From Octopus vulgaris (lineage: Eukaryota): 64,000 bases of DNA. Shown in pieces: positions 55,157-64,000 of this stretch. The stretch's first letter is position 1, and each line of letters starts with the position of its first letter. Both the position numbers and the translations under genes were made by a program. Where the stretch lies: contig OX597823.1 in assembly GCA_951406725.2 (NCBI GenBank), positions 63,178,001-63,242,000 of the forward strand, read 5' to 3'. The notes under the pieces were generated by a model, which did no database searches, had not been told where the DNA came from, and saw nothing but the letters and a program-made list of their open reading frames with translations.

Positions 55157-56049
55157 CATTGTTGTTGGCATCCTTTTTGTCTTGGGAGACAATGAAGTTG
55201 TGCATAAAATTATCTAGTCTGGCTTTTACACTTCATGTCCTAATACATCTGTTGTGGCTGTGTAGTCTTATCCTGGACAAACACATCTCTGGCAGGTGCC
55301 GCAAATGTAGCAAAGACTTTGCCTGGCTGGTTGTAATGTCATAGTTTCTTGTTGACGTCTTTTCTTGTCTTTCCATTTCTCCTCTCTCCCTCTGTCACTC
55401 CTTTGTGTTCCCTCTTTTACGGTATGTTGCCAATCTCCACGGTTCCTTCAACTGCTTCCCAGTTGCTAATATTGATGTCACAGGCCTTCATGTCCCTTTT
55501 GCCAACATCCTTGTATCGTAAGAACAGTCTTCTCACAGACCCAGTGCCCCTAGCAAGCTCTCCATAGAGTATGTCCTTGGGGATTCTGCCATCTTCCATA
55601 TGGCTAACATGTCCAAGCCATCTCGTACGTCTTTGTGTGAGGAGTGCAAACTTGCTTGGTATTCCTGCTTGCTTGAGGATATCTTTGTTGGGGATATGAT
55701 TCTGCCATTTGATGCCAAGTATTTTCCGGAGGCAGCACAGGTGAAAGATATTTAGGTGACACTCTTGGCGTGTGTATGGCGTCCAAGTCTCACTTCCATA
55801 CAGTAGAGTGCTAAGAAAACATGCCTGGTAAATCTTCATTTTTGTGGTCTTGGTCAGCTTATTGTTGTCCCATGCCCATTTGGAGATTTGGGCCATCACA
55901 GCAGCTGCCTTGCCAATGCGTATATTGAGCTCGGCATCAAGAGATAGGTTGTAGGTGACAGTAGAGCCTAGATAGGTAAACTTCTCCACCTCCTGTAGTT
56001 TGTGGTCTCCAATATGTATGTTTGGGATGTCCGATGTAGCCTGACCCAT
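55157..56049 (-). mobile_element. RTE-clade (BovB-like) LINE, 3' portion
   Basis: MGQ..FTYLGS..RIGKA..LLYGSETW..RWLGHV..RIPKDILYGEL; 3' UTR ending (CAA)n. Confidence 0.92.
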
Positions 56050-56228
56050 CTCTCGCGTCTGCATGCCAAGACCAAAATTAGAAGCGTCCTGATCAAGGAG
56101 ATGCTATTTGCTGATGATGCCGCTCTGGTATCACACATGGAAGAAGCCCTGCAAAGGCTCATCAACTGTTTTGAGGAAGCATGTAGCGACTTTGGCTTAC
56201 TTATCAGCCTCAAGAAGACCAACATCAT
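56050..56228 (+). mobile_element. Inverted 5' segment of the same RTE (RT motif FADD)
   Basis: LSRLHAKTKIRSVLIKEMLFADDAAL..ISLKKTNI; in RTE ORFs this directly precedes MGQ. Confidence 0.9.
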
Positions 56229-57556
56229 ATATGCATATATACATATTCAAAATTTACTTTTATTTTTTCTTCTTTATTTCATCCCCCATTTCCCCTTCTT
56301 TATTTCTTTTACCTTTTGTCACTTTTCTTCCCAATAATGGTAGCCTTAGAGGTTTGCTTGAGTTGGACTAGGCCTCATTGACCTCAAGTGCATAGTAGAT
56401 ACAATCAGTAAATGTCTACTTTTAGGTGATGTGTCTTCTGTAAGGTCTGCATCTTCGTTGTTTTTTGGATCCAGTCTGTTACCGTCACTCAGTATCTGAG
56501 AAGTGATATTAAAACTATACATGATAGTAGAAGCTTGTACGATGGGCAGCAGATGCCTGCAAGGCAAGCAGCAGATGACTGCGAGACTGGTTCTAGAGGT
56601 TACGTAACAAGGCTGTTGCAGAAGTCAATGAGGCTGGCAATACAAGTTAGTCCAAGGAATAAATACAATAGTATAAGATGGATCAAACCTAAGAGGAAAG
56701 TTAATTAAGTTGTGTAGATGAAAAACAAAATATTTCTGGTTCAGTTGCATTGAGTGGTATCATACATGATTTTCTTAGTCATGTCAGCTTTGGAAAATGT
56801 TAAATCAATGATGATGACAGTATAAATACAGTGTATTGTTTTGTTCCTATTTTGGTTGTTTATTCCCATATGCTTTTAAAATATATTGGCCATAACAACA
56901 GTGGTCTTAGTTGATTCATTATTTTTGTTTCTTTCAGTCAGTATTAATTAGTGGGAGATGGGGAAACCCTCAACTCAACCAAAATCACACAAGAACCTAC
57001 TCTCTCTTTTCAGTTCTCTTATTTCATCATCTTTATATAATTAAATTAACATAGTTACCTATTTATTGATGGGAGAATCAGTAGAGCACCATAGAATGTT
57101 ATGATTGGCTAAATGGTTAAATCACTTGGTCTGGATTCTCGGTTCAAATCACACTAGGGTTAACTTTTTGCCTTTTTTATTCTTCTGCTTGGGAGAAGTC
57201 AGTAAAATAAAGTACCTGTAGATTAATGGTTCTCAACCAGGGTCCACATGATCTTTGGGGGTCCATACAAGATTTTTCTCTTAAAATTAATCCGCAATAA
57301 ATCAGTTATACTTCTACAATGCACAAAACGTTTTAACATTTCTTTTTTGTACATCTAATAATATCTAATTACAAAAAATTTATAGGGTTTCCTTAAACAT
57401 CAAATGGCAAGGAGGGTCCATCTGAGTAAAATAGGGATCAAAGATGTCCATAGGCAAAAGATGGTTGATAAACACTGATCTAGAGGATTATATCTCTTTC
57501 ATAGAAATGTAACTATTGCACCAATATTAGACAATCCTCATCATCATCATCATCAC

Positions 57557-58002
57557 GAGATGATGAACTGGCAGAATTGTTAATTGTGTGGACAAAATGC
57601 TTGGTGATATTTCTACTGACTGCTTACATTCTGACTTCAAATTCCACAGAGGTCAAATTTGCCTTTCATCCTTTTGTGGTTGATAAAATAAGTACCAGTC
57701 AAGCGCTGGGGTTAATGAAATTGACTGACCCTCCCCCTCCCCCAAAGTTTCGGGTCTTGTGCTTAAAAGATTATCATTCTTTTCTACTTTAGGCACAAGG
57801 CTTGAAATTTTTGGGGAAGGGGGTAGTCGATTAGATCGACCTCAGTACGCAACTGGTACTTGATTTATTGACCCTGAAAGGATGAAAGGCAAAGTCAATC
57901 TCAGAATTTGAACTCAGTATGTAAAGACAGACGAAATACCACTAAGCATTTTGCCCGGCATACTAACGTTTCTGCCAGCTCACATCGTCATCATCATCGT
58001 CG

Positions 58003-58034
<32 letters not shown>

Positions 58035-58460
58035 ATCATCATCATCATTGTTGTCAAGGTGACAAGCTTGCAGAGTTGTTAGTGCACCAGGTAAAATACT
58101 TAGCAGCATTTTTTCCAACTTTATGTTTTGAATTCAAATTCCACTGAGGTCATCCTTGCCTTTCATCCTCTCAGGGTTGATAAAATAAGTATCAGTGAAG
58201 CACAGGGGTCAGTATAATCGATTAGCCATCTCCTCCGAAATTTCTGGCCTTGTGCCTAAAACAGAAAGAATTATTATTTTTCTGGATGTTACAGAGTGGG
58301 GAATCATTGGAGCATTGGGAAAATTGACATGCAATATTTTTCATTCCTTTCATTCTGAGTTCAAATTCTATGGAGATTAACTTCACTTTTCATCCTTCTG
58401 ATCAGTTACCTCTCTTCCCCACACACACACCACTGCCACCAACAACAACAACAGCATCAG
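57557..58460. repeat. Cluster of family-B SINE copies in both orientations
   Basis: Plus copy ~57557-57770, minus copy ~57775-57982, plus copies ~58057-58400. Confidence 0.8.
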
Positions 58461-58515
58461 AATAATTCAGGCCTTGTGTGTATTTTATTTATCTTCGAAA
58501 CCTTTATTATTATTA

Positions 58516-58932
58516 TGAATGCCTGTGCTTAGGTGAAGTTAAAAAGCTTGCTTTGCAACCATGTGAATTTGGGTTCAGTCTCACTGCATGGCACCTTGGG
58601 CAAGTGAAGTGTCTTCTACTGTAGCCCTGGACTAACCAATGCCTTGTAAGTGAATTTGATGGATGGAAACTGTGTGGAAGCCTATAGTGTGTGTGTGTGT
58701 CTATTTGTGTGTGTATCTGTCTCTTGTGCCACCACTTGACTACCAGCATTGGTTTGTCTGTCCCCATAACCTAGCAGTTTAGCAAAAGAGATTGACAGAA
58801 TAAGTACCAGTTTTCGGGAAACAAAATGAAAAATCAAAAATACTGGTGTGAATTTGTTCAACTAAAACACTTTTAGATATTGCTCCAGTATGGCCATAGT
58901 CCACTTACTGGAACATGTAAAAAGATAAAAGA
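58516..58932 (+). mobile_element. SINE family A, diverged
   Basis: GGGTTCAGTC..GGCACCTTGGGCAAGTG..GTAAAAAGATAAAAG. Confidence 0.8.
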
Positions 58933-59080
58933 TCCTCATTATTATATGGCAGAAATTGTGGGGCCCCTTACAATTTTTATAGGAGTGTTGACATTGTCAA
59001 GATTAGTTAATATCACTTTTAGCAAACCAGTAAAACACTTGTCAGTTTCATAGTGCTACCACTGCTTACATCAGAGATTT

Positions 59081-60470
59081 GTGAGCTCCTCTACGCTGAT
59101 GACCTTGCTCTAATTGCTGAGTCACTATCAGAACTAGAGAAGTTTCTGGTGTCGAAGCAAGGATTAGAATCGAAGGGCCTTAGAGTCAACCTAGCTAAAA
59201 CCAAAGTCCTAATAAGTAGGAAGGTAGACAAGACACAAACGTCTTCAGGTAGAAAATCGATAAGATGCACCAAGTGTAAGCTATGGACACATAAGAGGTG
59301 CAGCAATGTCAAGGGAAGGCTAACTAGGAAGATAGTTTTTGTATATGGCAGATGCTCAGGAGCAATAAACACTGAAAATGCACAGAGAGCAACTTCCGCC
59401 ACATTCCAGGGAGAAAAACTAGAAATAGTTGATAGCTTCCGTTACCTAGGTGACCAAGTCAGTAGCGGAGGCAGGTGTGTTGAAAGTGTAACTGCTAGAG
59501 TAAGAATAGCCTGGGAAAAGTTGAGAGAGCTCTTACCTCTGCTAGGGACAAAAGGCCTCTCGCTCAGAGTAAAAGGCAGACTGTATGACGCATGTGTACG
59601 AACAGCCATGCTACATGGCAGTGAAACATGGGCCGTGACTGCTGAGGATATGCGTAAGCTTGCAAGAAATGAAGCCAGTATGCTCCGATGGATATGTACT
59701 GTCAGTGTTCATACTCGACAGAGTGTAAGTACCTTGAGAGAGAAGTTGGACCTAAGAAGCATCAGTTGTGGTGTGCAAGAGAGACTTTTGCGCTGGTATG
59801 GTCATGTGGCGAGAATGGATGAAGATTGTTGTGTGAAAAAGTGCCACACCCTAGCGGTTGAGGGAACCTGTGGAAGAGGTAGACCCAGGAAAACCTGGGA
59901 TGAGGTAGTGAAGCATGACCTTCAAACTTTAGGTCTCACCGAGGAAATGACTAGAGACCGAGACCTTTGGAAGTATGCTGTGCATGAGAAGACCCAGCAG
60001 GACAAGTGAGACCATAACCCATGGCCTCAGTCCACCTATGCATACCTTTCCTTCTTGGGACACAAAACCCTACTTGTGAAGACCTGTTGAGGCAAGTGAA
60101 ATCAAAAGCTAAATTGATCAACATCAATGGAAATTGTAGCTATGATACCAGTGCCGGTGGCACATAAGAGAACCATCTAAATGTGGCCGTGCCAGCGACA
60201 CCCCAACTGGCTTCCGTGCTGGTGGCACGTAAAAAGCACCATCCGACCGTGGCTGTTTGCCAGCCTCGTCTGGCACCTGTGCCGGTGGAACGTAAAAAGC
60301 ACCCACTACACTCATGGAGTGGTTGGCGTTAGGAAGGGCATCCAGCCGTAGAAACATTGCCAGATCAGACTGGGCTTGGTGCAGCCTTCTGGCTTCCCAG
60401 ACCCCAGTTGCACCGTCCAACCCATGCCAGCATGGAAAGCGGACGCTAAACGATGATGATGATGATGATG
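59081..60470 (+). mobile_element. 5'-truncated RTE-clade LINE with 3' UTR and (GAT)n tail
   Basis: Stop-free ORF remnant ending at 60009: LLYADDL, FRYLGD, MLHGSETW, LRWYGHV, RGRPRKTW. The 3' UTR carries three GTGCYGGTGG.AC..AA repeats and matches the many short (GAT)n-tailed fragments. Confidence 0.93.
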
Positions 60471-63230
60471 TTACTTACTGACGATGATGATTTGGGCATT
60501 AGGCTAATAGTTTTGACAGGAGGTGTTTGTTGATTGCATTGGCTGCCATATTGGACTAATACTTCATTTTGTCAACCCAGGGAGAGGAAAGGCAAAGTTG
60601 ATTTCAGTTGGATTTGAGCTTGGAAATGCTAAGATCCATAACTACATGCCACAAGGGATTTAGTCAAACACTTTAACTATTTTGCCAATTCATCACTCTT
60701 GGGAATTCAGTTGCTATGCCAGAAATCAGCATTGACTTAATGCTGTGTACCATTCTATTGGTTACATTTTAAGTATTCCATGATAGCTGAAATGAAAAGT
60801 AGAATAGCATAACTGTAACCCTTAGTATATTTAAGAAGAAAAAAATATTTAGTATTGCCTCATGTTTGACAATAAGTGAATGTACATCATTCTATTGGTT
60901 GATTGTCGGTTATGTTATGTGACGATTCTCGGTGCCAACTAATATTCTGTAGATAAGGAAAGGAATGCTGACACTAAATAGGCTCTTCTTTGTTTAGCGG
61001 GTTTGTCGTGAATTTGCAGTAAATTTCTTTTCTGTTGAGTCTTGTATGTAGAATATTAATTTTTTTCTTTCTCTGTTTTGTTAACTGTTTTAAATACTGC
61101 AACTGCTTGGTATGCATCTGGCTGACAGTCTCTCTGGAAGACCATGATAAGTTTGTATGTAACAAGAAAACAACAATGAAAGAACAAAAAATAAAAGCTC
61201 AACATTCACAAGAAGTAGGATCAAGCAACATGTACCATGCTTTTCCTAATTAGGTGCCTGTGTAGTCACAAACATACACGGACGTCCTCTCTGTCCTCTT
61301 AATTCGGTGGAATGAGGGTGTGATAGCTGAAGAGCAAATGCTGCACCAGCACTAGGGCACAATGCACCACCCAGTCCAGGCATTGAACTAATGATCTTGT
61401 GCTTGTGAGTTCAACACCTTAACCAATAGGCCAAGTGACTCCATGATAGGTTTGTAGCACTTGATACAACGGGAATAAACTTTGAAAGGGTTTAAAGTAG
61501 AGATCATTTTAAAATGGTACAGGTTAAAGTTGAATTTTTATTTTTTTGAATGATTTTGACTAATGAGAAAGAGCAGCTCCTATGACCATTTTCAAAGCTT
61601 CTGGAATTGGTGAAAGGAAGTTGCACTCAGACAAGAGACCTGATCCAAATTCTTGTGACAAAGGACATCACTGCTTAAGGTATACAAGGGCCTGATGTTG
61701 AATTAAAACAAGTGATGAATTTAGTCTCTCCCAAGAATAAAACCGGTTCCTTCAACAGTCTTCCACCCAGTTTCCCTTTACTAAATTCTACCCAACTGGC
61801 ATTGGTCACTGTGAAGCTATAGTAGGAAATACTTGCCTATGATTTCACTCTGTGGCATCAAACATGAAACCAGCTAGTTTTATTGCAAGGCAAACTTAAC
61901 TATGCAGTCTTGCTGTTGTTGTTGTTGTTACAGATATAGGGTATTTATGAGTACCTTATTTACCATATCATTCCTTTAACCATTTAGCATTCAGATTATT
62001 TTGTCAAATGAAATAATTATTTATTCACATTCATTTGAATTAGTCATGCATTTTCTACAAGATGACATGGTTGTTTATTTTTAGAATAATATTGTATGGT
62101 GAGAAGCCAGATCTGGCCAGTTTAAACATAAAACCTGTAGAATATTTTGGCCGAATATGGTAATTTTTATAGTAATTTTTGCTTCATACATAACCTTAGA
62201 CTTAGCATTCTGCAAGCTAACTAAATTACTCAAAAACATCTGCTCATTGCATCCGTTTAAAACTAAGTAAGCAGCTGTAGTGAGAGTCAATTGTCTCGGT
62301 CATAACTTATGTTTGTAGCCGGACATAAAGCAACTCTATTTGTTCATCAGTAGTTTTGTATTAAAAGCTAGAGATTATTGTTAGAGTATTGGACAAAATA
62401 CTTTGCAGAATTTTATATATGACACTTAATTACCAGAGTTTAAGTGTCAACTTTGCTTATCATTCCTCCAAGATCAATAAAATAAAGGGCCATTACTGTA
62501 CTAGGGTTGATTTAATTGACCAAATTTCTGCTTTGTGTCTGACTTACTAATTATTATTGAGAATGGGGACTAATTTCACATCTCTTTTCTCCCCTTCCAA
62601 AAAATGATGGCTATTGTGCTTACGTTAGAAACCAGACTGGATTGCTAGAGCATTGAACAAAATACTTTGTAGTTATATATTTACGATGCTATATGATCTG
62701 AGTTCAAATACCACTAAGGGTGAATTTGCCTTTCATTCTTCTGAGATTGATAAAATACCAGTACTATACTAGGGTGACAAAATCAGTTGGTTAGCAAGAT
62801 AACTTACTGTATTTAGTCAGCTCTGTTTTAGTTACCACCATTCCCATATTTGTGTATAAAATTTCTTTTCCAGATTTTTAAAAGTTAGGGTTGTGCATTA
62901 TATACGCCTGAGAATTTAATGTTAATTTATTTTAGTATTCGGTATGACATTTCTCATATTTGGTATTACATGAATGGAAGTTTATATATATATATATATA
63001 TTTTCTTCTCCAACAGCGGCTTCCGGCTTTCATATTCACAGCAAGTTGCAAAAACATTTTATCCCATTATCTTTCGTACCTCATTCGTTACTATTGTTAA
63101 ACGTCTGTACTCATACAATAACTGCTTCGTTTTTCCTATCTTTTCTCTACGAAATTTAACCCTTTAATCCTTCAATCCTTAATTTCCATCTTTTCCGCCA
63201 TTCGGCGGTGCCCCCGCCCTCCCACCCCCA

Positions 63231-63334
63231 CCACCAATACCGGTGAACACTTCTCACCACCAATACCGGTGAACACTTCTCACCACCAATACCGGTAAAC
63301 ACTTCTCACCACCAATACCGGTGAACACTTCTCA
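63231..63334 (+). repeat. 26-bp minisatellite, 4 copies
   Basis: CCACCAATACCGGTGAACACTTCTCA x4, with one substitution in copy 3. Confidence 0.95.
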
Positions 63335-63726
63335 CCATCTACACCGGATATGCCCTCCTCCTCCCCCACGTGTGTCTCTCCCTCCTACCCCTCCTTCACA
63401 TATGCTTTCACTGTGTACTACCCCTTCCCCCACCAAGTCAAGCTGCTAGTACCGCAGCTCATTAACTGCCCCACTGATCTTATGTTACCTCCTGTTTAGA
63501 ATCTGGCACTGCCTCAATCCGACCATCTCCTTCCAGTCCCCCTCCCTGTCTCGTGATATCCTACGTTTTTATTTCTTCTGCACCAACCCTTTCCTTGTCA
63601 TCGTTCCTCCTTACCCAACCTTCCCCACTGGTGCTTCCCTTTATTACCTGCACCCCCCACTATCTCTCCCTCTCTTTCCACTGGTGGAACCTTTCTCAGC
63701 TAGACCCCCCCCCAACTCAACTCTAG

Positions 63727-63965
63727 AAAAAGCTCGAACCGATCGTGACTGATGCCGGACCCCCAGCCCCTGTGCAGGTGGCACGTAAAAAGCACCCAAT
63801 CCACTCGCGGAGTGGTTGGCGTTAGGAAGGGCATCCAGCCGTAGAAACTCTGCCAGATCAGACTGGAGCCTGGAGAGGCCTCTGGCTTCCCAGACCCCGG
63901 TCAAACCGTCCAACCCGTGCTAGCGCGGAAAACGGACGTTAAACGATGATGATGATGATGATGAT
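63727..63965 (+). mobile_element. RTE 3'-end fragment with (GAT)n tail
   Basis: Near-identical to 20990-21224. Confidence 0.9.
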
Positions 63966-64000
63966 ATATATAGACAATATTAAAAATAAAGATTACTCTG

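Noticed and set aside
60953-61008. Possible phase-1 exon DKERNADTK*
   Set aside because: Weak pyrimidine tract, immediate stop and weak donor; no independent support.
63231-63334. Regular short repeats resembling a CRISPR array
   Set aside because: Units are directly adjacent with no spacers, there are no cas genes, and the context is eukaryotic.

Overview
AT-rich, repeat-dense animal genomic DNA. The SINE, RTE and MITE repertoire and the (TA)n/(CA)n load look like an octopus (coleoid cephalopod) genome; this is inferred from recognition and was not checked. Most of the window appears to be intron of a + strand gene. Its 5' exons can be rebuilt from splice signals and phase: a 5'UTR exon (3291-3390), a start exon (18701-18815), a 26-nt microexon (28103-28128) and a 39-nt symmetric exon (37128-37166). 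They encode a signal-peptide N-terminus, MMTMTTFEIQDLHCRRLLCNEAILIAVLGILLLSGIVTG|IDKHGLPIPNTQ, and the gene is unidentified. The introns hold two Helitrons (one with a Pif1 helicase pseudogene), an internally deleted Gypsy LTR element, mariner (DD34D) and maT (DD37D) relics, a hAT/CGGBP1-like transposase relic, RTE and CR1 LINE fragments, three tRNA-type SINE families, TTAA and hAT-type MITEs, and a ~4.1 kb (AT)n array. The most notable observations are a twin-priming-type 5' inversion in an RTE LINE, several fold-back inverted duplications next to AT tracts, a PHD-like insert inside an RTE reverse transcriptase, and a possible alternative terminal exon giving a 41-aa membrane micropeptide. 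Nearly all long ORFs in the track are microsatellite artefacts. No intact autonomous element and no clearly new multi-gene system was found.
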